NCBI GenBank assembly: GCA_964424775.1
Contig: CAYRJZ010000002.1
Span: 141,806-205,805, forward strand
Length of the DNA: 64,000 nucleotides
Reading direction: 5' to 3'
Source of the DNA: an uncultured Gammaproteobacteria bacterium
GTDB lineage: Bacteria; Patescibacteriota; Microgenomatia; Levybacterales; UBA12049
The translations under genes were made by a program, and so were the position numbers. This document shows positions 1 through 8,849 of this stretch, one piece after another (within the stretch, counting starts at the first letter, position 1; every line of letters begins with the position of its first letter). Under the pieces are notes generated by a model that was not told the DNA's origin, ran no database searches, and saw only the letters and a program-made list of their open reading frames with translations.

Positions 1-777
1 TCGCTTCTTCATAAACTAACAAAGGAAGTAACTGCTGATCTTGATGCTTTTGATAGTCCATCCGCAATTGAAAAACTCCAACTTTTTATCACAGATCTGT
101 CTACATGGTATATCAGAAGAAGTCGTGATCGTGTCGGACTTTCTGTTGATAATGTCGAGGATAAAAATGCCTTTTATCAGACAACCTATGAAGTTCTGGT
201 AACAGTTACGAAGTTATTAGCTCCAATTACACCATTTATTGCTGAGGCTATGTATAGAAATTTAACAGATGAAGAGTCAGTTCATCTCGCTCTTTGGCCA
301 GCGTTCTCAGACGAAAAGATTGATAGTGAACTTGAAGAAAAAATGAAACTTGTTCGAGAGGTTGTCCAATATGGTCATGCAAAAAGAAAGATAGAAGGAT
401 GGGGTGTGAAAGATCCTCAAAAAGAAATAAAGATCAGTGCTCCAGGTAATTATAATTCAATTGAGAATGAAAATGTTTTGTTAGATATTATTTTGCAAGA
501 ATTGAATACTTATGCAATTGAAGTTAATAGTCAATTAGTTTATAGACATCCGAATTTTGAGAGAATTACAGATGATTATCTTCAAAAACAAGGAGACGCA
601 AGAAGAATCATTCGTTCAATTCAGGAGGAAAGAAAAAAATTAGCACTCAAACCAAGCGATACTATTGATGTTCACCTACCGGAATGGCCAGAAGAATTTG
701 AAGAAGATATCAAAAAGAAAGCTTCCATAAATAGTCTGATGAAAGGTGATACACTCACTGTAACAAAAGTTTCATGA
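1..777 (+). CDS. ileS: Isoleucyl-tRNA synthetase, C-terminal part (5' end lies outside the window)
   Basis: Frame 1 is open from base 1. The translation (…DLSTWYIRRSRDRV…LAPITPFIAEAMYRNL…) matches the anticodon-binding/C-terminal region of class I IleRS. The track ORF 250..777 is the internal-Met part of the same frame. Confidence 0.75.
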   Translation, partial: SLLHKLTKEVTADLDAFDSPSAIEKLQLFITDLSTWYIRRSRDRVGLSVDNVEDKNAFYQTTYEVLVTVTKLLAPITPFIAEAMYRNLTDEESVHLALWPAFSDEKIDSELEEKMKLVREVVQYGHAKRKIEGWGVKDPQKEIKISAPGNYNSIENENVLLDIILQELNTYAIEVNSQLVYRHPNFERITDDYLQKQGDARRIIRSIQEERKKLALKPSDTIDVHLPEWPEEFEEDIKKKASINSLMKGDTLTVTKVS

Positions 778-1856
778 AAGGAATTTCCTTGCCCAGGATA
801 GACTGGTGGCTTCTTGTCCCAGTTGGACTCCTCCTCATTATTAGTCTTACCACGCTGTTCTCACTCAACAGTCAGTTTTTCGTAAATCAATTGTTTACAT
901 TATCAATTGGATTGACAGCGTTTTTCATCTTTTCCCAAATTCCCTACGAGATGTTTAAAAGGCTATCTCTACCCATTTATGCTGTATCTGTTCTCCTTCT
1001 CATCATTGTTTTAATAATTGGTATTGAAAGTAGGGGATCAGTGCGATGGGTATATATTTTTGGTTTCCCACTTCAGTTTTCTGAAATTCTCAAACCATTT
1101 CTATCTCTCAGTTTTGCATCTTTTCTTGCACAGGGAACAAATCGATCAGTGAAAACATATCTCATGTCACTTATACTCCTGTCTCCGGTATTTTTTCTTA
1201 TTGCTCTCCAACCAGATTTAGGGAATGCACTCATCTATGTCCTTGCTGCAGGAATTGTATTTGTTGTCTATGGATTTCCTTGGAAATGGTTTGGGGCAAC
1301 AGCACTGCCATTCTTGTTAGCTTCCCCTGTACTTTGGCATTTTCTCCATGATTATCAGAAAAATAGAATTCTCACATTTATGAATCCAACAAGTGATCCT
1401 TTGGGAACTTCCTACAATGTTATTCAGGCGATGATCGCAGTCGGATCTGGTATGGTGATGGGAAAAGGTTTGAGTCAGGGAACGCAGTCTGGTCTTCGTT
1501 TTCTTCCAGAACGCCAAACTGATTTTATTTTTGCCAGTCTATCTGAAGGCCTTGGATTTTTTGGAGCGCTTATCATCTTGATGTGTTTTCTTGCTCTCTG
1601 TTATCGAATTTATCGACTTTTTCGAAGGATAGATGATGAATTTTCTCGTACATTTGCTGTTTGTACATTTAGTTTTATTCTTATTCATTTTTTTGTAAAT
1701 ATTGGCATGAACGTTGGTCTGTTACCAATTGTAGGAGTAACACTTCCCTTTGTTTCATATGGAGGAAGTTCTCTTCTCTCAAACTTTATCTTTCTTGGAA
1801 TTCTCTCTTCAATTGCATCAAGTCATCGAAGGCGTCCCGTGCTGGAAATTCGCTGA
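774..1856 (+). CDS. ftsW: SEDS-family peptidoglycan glycosyltransferase (FtsW/RodA)
   Basis: 360 aa polytopic membrane protein. It has the SEDS hallmarks (…GSGMVMGKGLSQGTQ…, …PFVSYGGSSLL…). It overlaps the ileS stop by 4 nt. Confidence 0.85.
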   Translation: MKGISLPRIDWWLLVPVGLLLIISLTTLFSLNSQFFVNQLFTLSIGLTAFFIFSQIPYEMFKRLSLPIYAVSVLLLIIVLIIGIESRGSVRWVYIFGFPLQFSEILKPFLSLSFASFLAQGTNRSVKTYLMSLILLSPVFFLIALQPDLGNALIYVLAAGIVFVVYGFPWKWFGATALPFLLASPVLWHFLHDYQKNRILTFMNPTSDPLGTSYNVIQAMIAVGSGMVMGKGLSQGTQSGLRFLPERQTDFIFASLSEGLGFFGALIILMCFLALCYRIYRLFRRIDDEFSRTFAVCTFSFILIHFFVNIGMNVGLLPIVGVTLPFVSYGGSSLLSNFIFLGILSSIASSHRRRPVLEIR

Positions 1857-1883
1857 GTAGTTTGATATAATATCGAAACTTCT

Positions 1884-2297
1884 ATGAAATACGCAGTAAT
1901 ACAAACAGGCGGAAAGCAATATCGAGTATCTGAAGGTGACGTTATTACAGTTGAAAGACTCTCAGCAAAAGAGAATGATACTGTTACCTTTTCAGATGTT
2001 CTTCTTTATACAGCTGATGGCGTTGCTCAAATCGGTCAACCAGTTATTTCAGGTCTTACGGTAACAGGTAAAGTTGTTGCAAATGTTCGGGGTGAAAAAA
2101 TTAGAGTTTCTAAGTACAAGGCAAAAGTTCGCTATCGACGTGTAACTGGTCATCGACAAGAATTAACTCAAGTTCAAATTGAAGCAATTGGAGACAAAGC
2201 TAAAGCAAAAGAATCAACGAAAAAAGAAGTAACTGTTGAAACAAAAGTTACCAAAGCCCCTGCCCGCACTGTCAAAAATAAAGTTAGCGAAAAATAA
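1884..2297 (+). CDS. rplU: 50S ribosomal protein L21 with a K/E-rich C-terminal tail
   Basis: N-terminus MKYAVIQTGGKQYRVSEGDVI… is the canonical L21 fold. Confidence 0.9.
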   Translation: MKYAVIQTGGKQYRVSEGDVITVERLSAKENDTVTFSDVLLYTADGVAQIGQPVISGLTVTGKVVANVRGEKIRVSKYKAKVRYRRVTGHRQELTQVQIEAIGDKAKAKESTKKEVTVETKVTKAPARTVKNKVSEK

Positions 2298-2300
2298 CTA

Positions 2301-2344
2301 TTGACATCTGTGAAAACAAAACGTATTATGAGTATGTTTTCACA
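2301..2344 (+). promoter_or_regulatory. Sigma70-like promoter (TTGACA-17-TATTAT) overlapped by a perfect 10-bp inverted repeat TGTGAAAACA-N16-TGTTTTCACA
   Basis: Read directly in the sequence. The -35 is at 2301-2306 and the -10 at 2324-2329. The inverted-repeat arms are at 2309-2318 and 2335-2344 and flank the -10. The rpmA start is at 2356. Confidence 0.4.
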
Positions 2345-2355
2345 ACCATAAAACT

Positions 2356-2607
2356 ATGGCACATACAAAAGCACAAGGATCAGTAAAAGGAAATAGAGAC
2401 TCCCGACCTAAAAGTTTGGGTATTAAAGTCTATGGTGGAGCACAAATTACTTCAGGTAGTATTATTGTTCGCCAAAAAGGAACACGTTTTCACCCAGGAA
2501 ATGGTGTGAGTATGGGTAAAGATTTTACTTTGTTCGCACTTCAAGATGGAGTCGTCAACTTCAAGACCCATAAGGGTAAACAAGTTGTCGAAGTAACAAA
2601 TGGATAA
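2356..2607 (+). CDS. rpmA: 50S ribosomal protein L27
   Basis: [28 protein letters not shown]… matches the L27 N-terminal and core motifs. Confidence 0.9.
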   Translation: MAHTKAQGSVKGNRDSRPKSLGIKVYGGAQITSGSIIVRQKGTRFHPGNGVSMGKDFTLFALQDGVVNFKTHKGKQVVEVTNG

Positions 2608-3472
2608 CAAAAACGGTATACTTACCGAACTTGAACCAAATCAACTTCAATCAAATCCTCTTCAGCCTCGTGGGGTAATCCTTCAAGACTCATTAACAGA
2701 CTTAGTAGAATCAATTCGTGAACAGGGAATCCTCGAACCGATTGTCGTTGCAAGAACTCCAGCTGGATATCAAATTATTGCGGGAGAAAGACGTTGGAGA
2801 GCAGCAAAAATTCTTGGTCTTCCCACTGTTCCAGTTGTTATTAAAGAAACAACTCCTCAAGGAATGCTTGAAATGTCTATTGTTGAAAACGTTCAGCGAG
2901 AAGACCTTAATCCAATTGAGAGAGCGCTCGCATACAAAAGACTCATTGATGAATTCGGACTGGGAACAAATGAAGTAGCGAAAAGAGTGGGTAAGTCTGC
3001 ACCTACTATTTCTAATACCATTCGTCTTCTTTCTCTTCCCGATGCTATTAAAGATGCACTCGTTGCAGGTGTCATTACCGAAGGACATGTTCGACCACTC
3101 ATCTCACTTGGAGATCCAAAATTAATGCTTGAATTATTCAAAAGAATTTTGAGAGATAATGCAACTGTTCGTCAAACAGAAGAATGGGCTCGGAAAATTA
3201 AAGGCGAGGTTCAGCAAAAAGAACCAACACATAAGAAAGAAAGACTTTGGGTACCTGAACAAGATAACATGGCCAAACAAATCCAGGATAGATATCATGT
3301 AGATGACGTAAAGATCTTCCAGTCCAGTAAATTAGCAAGAATTACAATTGTTGTGAAAGGCGAAGTAGAGGAGACTACCAAGAAATTAAAAGAATTCCAT
3401 GAAATCTTAACAACTGGTTCTGAACCTACATCAAATGGAGTAGAAGCACCTCAAAATACTCAACAGCAATAA
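2600..3472 (+). CDS. parB: ParB/Spo0J-like partition/nucleoid protein (no adjacent parA)
   Basis: Carries the [11 protein letters not shown]-binding/ParB-box motif and an HTH (…[21 protein letters not shown]…). It is 290 aa. Confidence 0.8.
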   Translation: MDNKNGILTELEPNQLQSNPLQPRGVILQDSLTDLVESIREQGILEPIVVARTPAGYQIIAGERRWRAAKILGLPTVPVVIKETTPQGMLEMSIVENVQREDLNPIERALAYKRLIDEFGLGTNEVAKRVGKSAPTISNTIRLLSLPDAIKDALVAGVITEGHVRPLISLGDPKLMLELFKRILRDNATVRQTEEWARKIKGEVQQKEPTHKKERLWVPEQDNMAKQIQDRYHVDDVKIFQSSKLARITIVVKGEVEETTKKLKEFHEILTTGSEPTSNGVEAPQNTQQQ

Positions 3473-4039
3473 TTATTGTGCAGAATAAGGATTGTGAACA
3501 GCCCTCGCTTGGTTGATAGGCCAATAGACAAAGAAAGATTTTCCAATTACTGCTGATTTTTTAAGAAAACCCCATTCCCGACTATCTGAGCTATACATTC
3601 TATTATCTCCCATGACAAATAATGATTCCGCAGGAACACGTACACTCTCGCCTTCTTGAAGGAATGAACCACCAAATGTTTTTATATCACTACTTAGGTA
3701 TGTCGATTCATCAACAGCTTGGTTGTTAACGAGGACTTTTCCGTTAGTAAGGGAAATAGTGTCTCCAGGAAGACCAATGACACGTTTAATAAAATCTTTA
3801 TTCCTATCTACTGGTGATTTGAATACGATAACATCTCCACGTTTTAATTCGCTCAGTCGCAACCCAATGATATTTGTGAAAATATACTCGCGGTCTTTAT
3901 ATGTCGGGTACATTGATTCTCCACTGACCTGAAAAGGCCTTGCAATAAGAAAATAAATCACTAAAAAGACTGCTAGTGCAAGAACAAAGGTTTGAATAGT
4001 ATCAACGAAAAAGCTATAGATGCTTCTGAGGATATGCAT
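3473..4039 (-). CDS. lepB: Signal peptidase I
   Basis: N-terminal transmembrane segment. Has the S26 boxes: GESMYPT (catalytic Ser), …GLPGDTI…, and GDNRMYSSDSREWG. Confidence 0.85.
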   Translation of the reverse strand: MHILRSIYSFFVDTIQTFVLALAVFLVIYFLIARPFQVSGESMYPTYKDREYIFTNIIGLRLSELKRGDVIVFKSPVDRNKDFIKRVIGLPGDTISLTNGKVLVNNQAVDESTYLSSDIKTFGGSFLQEGESVRVPAESLFVMGDNRMYSSDSREWGFLKKSAVIGKSFFVYWPINQARAVHNPYSAQ

Positions 4040-4083
4040 GTCTCTGTATTATTCGTTATTAGGCTCAATTTGTCAACGTTATT

Positions 4084-4112
4084 TTGCAATTTATGAGCTT
4101 TATAAATATAAT
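4084..4112 (+). promoter_or_regulatory. Sigma70-like promoter TTGCAA-17-TATAAT for the 4121 gene
   Basis: The -35 is at 4084-4089 and the -10 at 4107-4112. A GGAAAG purine tract follows before the ATG. Confidence 0.35.
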
Positions 4113-4120
4113 GTCCCCCT

Positions 4121-4912
4121 ATGGAAAGAAATGAATACATGGCTGATTTCTCAGCTTATATGAGTAACTACATGATGAAGATGGGTGAGAATGGAGAGTG
4201 GCCATTTAGTGCCGGAAATCCTGAATACTGGAAATTTAGGGATAGATTAATAGTACCGGGAGGAAGAGTTCTCGATTTAGGGATTTCAGATGGTAGATCG
4301 AGTAGTTTCTTTTCACTTCACGGAATGCGTGTTGAGGGAATTGATAGGGATATGAATGGTATCTTTGCAGTAAATACCTTGCATGATGTATTGAATACTC
4401 GTATACCTTTAATAAATACTGGTGAGGAAGTAGATATATTTCCGATGTATGCAACTGATGGTGATGTGAGAGCGAGCGATTTTGGGGAAGATGTATATGA
4501 TGTCGCATTAGCAGATCAACTTTTTATCCATTTTGAATCGAAGAAGGATGCTATGGAAGTGCTCAATAATGCGTATAAATCATTAAAGAAAGGTGGACAC
4601 TTATGGGTAAGAGCAATGGGCAAACTTGATTCGCAATATCAGGAAATGGTGAAGGTGGGAACAGGAGATGAAGAAGTAGTATATGACTATTGTGCCTGTT
4701 CAGGAAATGTTCAATTTGAGCCTCATCTCTTTTTTGATCCCCACGTACTCGTTGAATTTGCTGTTAGTCATAATATGGGAGTTGTTGATTCTCAACATGG
4801 AACGACCAGAGGAAAAGCAAATATTATGTATGGTGAAGATTATCCCAATCCATCAATGCATAATCCAGATCGCGAAGCTGGTTTTATTACACTCCTTGCA
4901 CAAAAAAGGTAA
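4121..4912 (+). CDS. TehB-like class I SAM-dependent methyltransferase homolog with a degenerate glycine motif
   Basis: VLDLGISDGRSSSFFSLHGMRVEGIDRD … ADQLFIHF … LKKGGHLWV follows the Rossmann methyltransferase motif order I / post-I / II / III and resembles TehB. Motif I here is G-I-S-D-G rather than GxGxG. The protein is rich in Met, Tyr and Asp. Confidence 0.5.
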   Translation: MERNEYMADFSAYMSNYMMKMGENGEWPFSAGNPEYWKFRDRLIVPGGRVLDLGISDGRSSSFFSLHGMRVEGIDRDMNGIFAVNTLHDVLNTRIPLINTGEEVDIFPMYATDGDVRASDFGEDVYDVALADQLFIHFESKKDAMEVLNNAYKSLKKGGHLWVRAMGKLDSQYQEMVKVGTGDEEVVYDYCACSGNVQFEPHLFFDPHVLVEFAVSHNMGVVDSQHGTTRGKANIMYGEDYPNPSMHNPDREAGFITLLAQKR

Positions 4913-4965
4913 TTACTGTAAGAATTACTTCATCTATTTGTATCCTTCAGCATGATTTGTTATAG

Positions 4966-6477
4966 TTGTTCAAAATAATTATGGTAAGAAAAAAAATTCG
5001 GAAAGATGTAGAGATCGTTACAGAGATAGATAAAGAAAGTCCTGCACATTTAAGACTTATTACTAATTCTATTCCTGCTTTTGTCGCATATGTTGATAAT
5101 AAGTTATGTTATCAATATGTGAATAAAGCGTATGAAGAGTGGTTTGGAATCCCGGAAAATAACATCGTCGGAAAAAGTCTCTCACAGATACTTGGGAAAG
5201 ATGCATTAAAAAGAGCCAAGCCACATATAAAAAAAGTACTTAAAGGAGAGGAATCATCATATGAAGCGATTCTTCAGTCAAGAACGAATGAGAAGAAATA
5301 CATTCAGGTAAATTACATACCCGACATAGATAGCAGAAATAAAGTAAAAGGATTTATTGTTTTAGGACACAATATTACAACCCAGAAAAACATTGAGTTT
5401 GAACTTCGTGCAAGTGAGGAGAGATTTAGGACACTCATTGAAAAAAGCTCAGATGCTATCCAGATGGTCAATACAGAAGGTGAAGTTCTCTACTCAAGTG
5501 ATTCAATAAAAAACGTTCTTGGATATAGTCCAAAAGAATTACTAGGAAGGATGGTCAAACCGTATATTCATCAAGAAAATTGGGAAATTTTTGAAAAAAT
5601 TTGGAATGAAGTCATTAGTAAGCCACATTCACAACAAACAATTGAGTACCGCGTTAAACATAAAAGTGGAAAATGGATTTGGTTGGAAACAACATTTACC
5701 AATCATGTAACGACCCCAACAATTCAGGCAATTGTTGGAAATTTTCGAGATATCTCAAAAAGAAAAGAGTTGGAAAGACAGAAAGAGGAGTTCATAGGAA
5801 TTGCAAGTCATGAACTCAAAACGCCAGTTACAAGTATCAAAGCATTTACGCAAGTATTAAGAAATCGTTTTATAAAAATGGGTGATGAGAATTCAGCTTT
5901 GCTTTTATCAAAAATGGATTCACAAATCAATAAATTGACCTCACTCATATCAGATCTTCTAGATGTAAATAAGATTGAAACAGGGAGACTCCAATTCCAT
6001 GTAGAGTATTTTCATTTCAATGTGTTAGTTGCAGAAGTTGTAGAGGAGCTTCAACGAACAACGGAGAGGCATAATATAGTAACACATTTTTCAAGATCAA
6101 AAAAAATATATGGAGATAGAGATAGAATTAGTCAGGTCATTACAAATTATTTATCAAATGCAATAAAATATTCGCCACACTCAAAAAAAATTATTGTAGC
6201 AACTAGTTCTGAAAAAGGAAGTGTTATGTTATCGGTAAAAGATTTTGGAGTGGGAATATCAAAAGAAGCACAGGATAAGGTGTTTAGAAGATTTTATCGC
6301 GAGGAAGGAAAGAGACAAGAAACTTTTGCTGGAATGGGGCTAGGACTCTATATATCTGACGAGATAATTAGAAGACATGGTGGAAAAACATGGGTAAAAA
6401 GTAGAAAGGGAAAAGGTTCTATTTTCTACTTTAGTGTTCCAGTTAAAGGAAAAATATATCAAGAAAAAATTCATTAG
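4966..6477 (+). CDS. Cytoplasmic PAS-PAS sensor histidine kinase
   Basis: Two PAS-like segments, H-box ASHELKTPVTSIKAF, and N/G boxes (…NAIKYSP…, …GMGLGLYISDEII…). There is no transmembrane segment. Confidence 0.85.
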   Translation: MFKIIMVRKKIRKDVEIVTEIDKESPAHLRLITNSIPAFVAYVDNKLCYQYVNKAYEEWFGIPENNIVGKSLSQILGKDALKRAKPHIKKVLKGEESSYEAILQSRTNEKKYIQVNYIPDIDSRNKVKGFIVLGHNITTQKNIEFELRASEERFRTLIEKSSDAIQMVNTEGEVLYSSDSIKNVLGYSPKELLGRMVKPYIHQENWEIFEKIWNEVISKPHSQQTIEYRVKHKSGKWIWLETTFTNHVTTPTIQAIVGNFRDISKRKELERQKEEFIGIASHELKTPVTSIKAFTQVLRNRFIKMGDENSALLLSKMDSQINKLTSLISDLLDVNKIETGRLQFHVEYFHFNVLVAEVVEELQRTTERHNIVTHFSRSKKIYGDRDRISQVITNYLSNAIKYSPHSKKIIVATSSEKGSVMLSVKDFGVGISKEAQDKVFRRFYREEGKRQETFAGMGLGLYISDEIIRRHGGKTWVKSRKGKGSIFYFSVPVKGKIYQEKIH

Positions 6478-6495
6478 TCAAAGAAGAAATGAAAC

Positions 6496-6888
6496 ATGAG
6501 TAATCCGATTAAGAAAAAAATTCTTGTAGCTGATGATGACCCGGGAATACTGGAAGCTCTTACTTATATGCTTGAAGATGAAGGGTACGAGGTGAGAACA
6601 TCAGTTGATGGAAATGTTATTCCAATAATGAAAGATGACCAACCGGATTTACTTCTTCTTGATTTGTGGATGTCAGGTCAGAATGGAAGTGATATTTGTA
6701 GGGAGTTGAAGTCCAATACGAATACATCACATATACCTGTCATTATAATCTCAGCAAATAGAGATACGAAGGCTATTGCATTTGCTTGTGGCGCCGATGA
6801 TTTTTTAACCAAGCCATTTGAAATGGAGGATCTTTTAAAAATGGTTAAGAAATATACAAGAAATAGTTTACTTGGACAGAGGAAATGA
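6496..6888 (+). CDS. Single-domain (CheY-like) response regulator
   Basis: ILVADDDPGILEA…LLLDLWMSGQNGSD…IIISAN…KP: a receiver domain only, 130 aa, with no output domain. Confidence 0.8.
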   Translation: MSNPIKKKILVADDDPGILEALTYMLEDEGYEVRTSVDGNVIPIMKDDQPDLLLLDLWMSGQNGSDICRELKSNTNTSHIPVIIISANRDTKAIAFACGADDFLTKPFEMEDLLKMVKKYTRNSLLGQRK

Positions 6889-8118
6889 GATAAAGAAGGT
6901 AGATCCCTGCCCTTTTTCACTTTCGACCCAGATATTTCCTTTATGAGCTTTTATAATTTGACTTGAGATATAAAGACCCATACCAAGTCCTGGATACGTT
7001 TTAGCAGTTGGATCTGAAACCTGGTAAAGTCTTTCGAAAATTTTTTTCTGTTGTTCTTTATCAATACCCATTCCTTGATCTTTTATACTGAGCACTGCAT
7101 TTCCTTTTTCTTTTTTCACTTTTACAATAATTGCTGTATCTTTGGGAGAATATTTAATTGCGTTATTAATAATATTTGTTATGACCTGATAAATTCTAAA
7201 GCGGTCGCCATTAATTTTTGCTGGAACTTTTTTCTCAAGTATTAATTGCTGTTGTTTGGTAGAGCCTTTCATTTCTTCAACTGTCTCTTCAACAAGTTCA
7301 GTAAAATTCATTTTTTCAAACTTAAATGTTAATTTTCCTGTTTGAAGCCGTGAAACATCAAGTAAACCATTGACAAGTTCTTGGAGTCTTTCTGTCTGAT
7401 TTTGAATATTCTTGAGTAATTTCTGAGCATGAATATCTTTGTTCGTTCCGGCATGTTTTAACATAAGCTGAAGAAATAACTTCATACTTGTCAGTGGAGT
7501 TTTGAGTTCGTGTGAGGCCATATTTACAAAGTCATCTTTACGCTCTTCATGTTCTTTTTGTAAGGTAATATCACTAATAACTGATACCGCTGCGATTAAT
7601 TTATTTTTACTGTTATAAATGGGTGAAGCACTTATTTGAAGAAATGTTTTTCTTTTATTTTCATGAATGTAAACGAATTCTTTAGGTTTTACAGGTCTTC
7701 CTGAAGATATTGCAAGGGCTATCGGCCATTGTGAAGGTGCAACATGTCTATTGTTATAGTACATGTTTGGGTCTTTTATCTCCCCAATCCTCCCTTTAAT
7801 TTTTGTGTGCGTACCAAAAATTTCTATCATTTTTTTATTTCCTTGCGTAATATTCCCTTTTGCATCAGTTATAAGAACACCAACCGGCAACTGGTCTACA
7901 ATTGACTGGAGTCTTCGTCTCTCGTCTTGTTCTTGTCCAAGTAGATTATCAATCTTTTGTTTGAGTCCTCCAATTATTGCAACTAATATAAGATATATTG
8001 ATCCAAGTACGAGAGTTGTTTCTAACGCTGTTCGTGATTCTACCTGAGGTGTCCGCGTGAAGATGATGTAGAGGTAGTAAATAATAGTATGTGTTGCCAC
8101 AATAAAGCCTCCTCTCAT
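6868..8118 (-). CDS. Membrane-anchored PAS sensor histidine kinase
   Basis: N-terminal hydrophobic segment, a PAS-like region, H-box ASHELKTPLTSMKLF, and an ATPase domain (…GLGMGLYISSQIIKAHKGNIWVESEKGQGSTF…). Its 3' end overlaps the preceding response regulator by 21 nt, convergently. Confidence 0.85.
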   Translation of the reverse strand: MRGGFIVATHTIIYYLYIIFTRTPQVESRTALETTLVLGSIYLILVAIIGGLKQKIDNLLGQEQDERRRLQSIVDQLPVGVLITDAKGNITQGNKKMIEIFGTHTKIKGRIGEIKDPNMYYNNRHVAPSQWPIALAISSGRPVKPKEFVYIHENKRKTFLQISASPIYNSKNKLIAAVSVISDITLQKEHEERKDDFVNMASHELKTPLTSMKLFLQLMLKHAGTNKDIHAQKLLKNIQNQTERLQELVNGLLDVSRLQTGKLTFKFEKMNFTELVEETVEEMKGSTKQQQLILEKKVPAKINGDRFRIYQVITNIINNAIKYSPKDTAIIVKVKKEKGNAVLSIKDQGMGIDKEQQKKIFERLYQVSDPTAKTYPGLGMGLYISSQIIKAHKGNIWVESEKGQGSTFFISFPLSK

Positions 8119-8324
8119 ACCATCTCTAAAAGAAAAATAATTAAAGATAATGGAAAAAAGATAGCAAGGAGTCCTGCTGCACTTGGGTCTTTTGCAATCC
8201 CCATGACGTATGCTTCAATCAGTGAAATTGTAATAAGTATTGTTAAGAAGGGGAAAACGATAGAGTATTTTCTCAACCCAAGTCGTAACATGGGATTGAG
8301 ATAGTAATGAATTTTTTTTAGCAT
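8115..8324 (-). CDS. Small 2-TM membrane protein translationally coupled (ATGA overlap) to the downstream histidine kinase
   Basis: 69 aa with two hydrophobic helices. Its stop overlaps the kinase start codon. It could be a split sensor or accessory module, or a frameshifted kinase N-terminus. Confidence 0.3.
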   Translation of the reverse strand: MLKKIHYYLNPMLRLGLRKYSIVFPFLTILITISLIEAYVMGIAKDPSAAGLLAIFFPLSLIIFLLEMV

Positions 8325-8456
8325 ATTATGTGTGGTATTGTACCACTTCTTTCTGGAAAAGTTCTATATTTTTGATCGATTCTATTTCTCATTTCTTTCG
8401 TATTTCTTAATTTTGACATGTAATTTAGTAATGTTTGGAAAGGAAGGTGATGAAAA

Positions 8457-8834
8457 TTGGATATGGCAAAAATTCTTGTCGCGGATGATGATACAGCAAT
8501 TCTAGAAGCTATTAAGTTAATTCTTGAAAGTGAAGGGTACGATGTGTGTGTTACAGCCGACGGTTCGACTATATATCAAATGGAAAAAGAAAAGGAATAT
8601 CCAGATCTTTTAGTACTCGATATTTGGATGTCAGGAGTGAATGGAACAGATATTTGTAAATATCTGAAGAACAATAATAGAACAAAAAATATACCAGTGG
8701 TGATGATATCTGCAAATAGAGATGCTTTGGAGATGGCGAAAAAAGCAGGTGCAGATGACTTTGTTGCCAAGCCATTTGATGTTGACGATCTGTTAGAGCA
8801 CGTAGAAAAAAATTTACCAAAACAATCTAACTAA
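8457..8834 (+). CDS. Single-domain (CheY-like) response regulator, paralog of 6496..6888
   Basis: ILVADDDTAILEA…LLVLDIWMSGVNGTD…VMISANRD…DDFVAKPF: collinear with the other receiver across its whole length. Confidence 0.8.
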   Translation: MDMAKILVADDDTAILEAIKLILESEGYDVCVTADGSTIYQMEKEKEYPDLLVLDIWMSGVNGTDICKYLKNNNRTKNIPVVMISANRDALEMAKKAGADDFVAKPFDVDDLLEHVEKNLPKQSN

Positions 8835-8849
8835 TGATATACTTCAGCC

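Noticed and set aside
2711-3141. Track ORFs 2711..3088(-), 2718..2978(+) and 2893..3141(-) inside parB
   Set aside because: They are antisense or out of frame within a well-supported parB reading frame, with no motifs. Typical spurious ORFs of AT-rich DNA.
4236-4508. His-rich antisense ORF 4236..4508(-) and 4683..4955(+)
   Set aside because: They are embedded in or overlap the methyltransferase-like CDS. The composition is a mirror effect of the sense strand.
8089-8304. ORF 8089..8304(+) upstream of the minus-strand kinase
   Set aside because: It is antisense to the small 2-TM ORF and the kinase start, with no motif.
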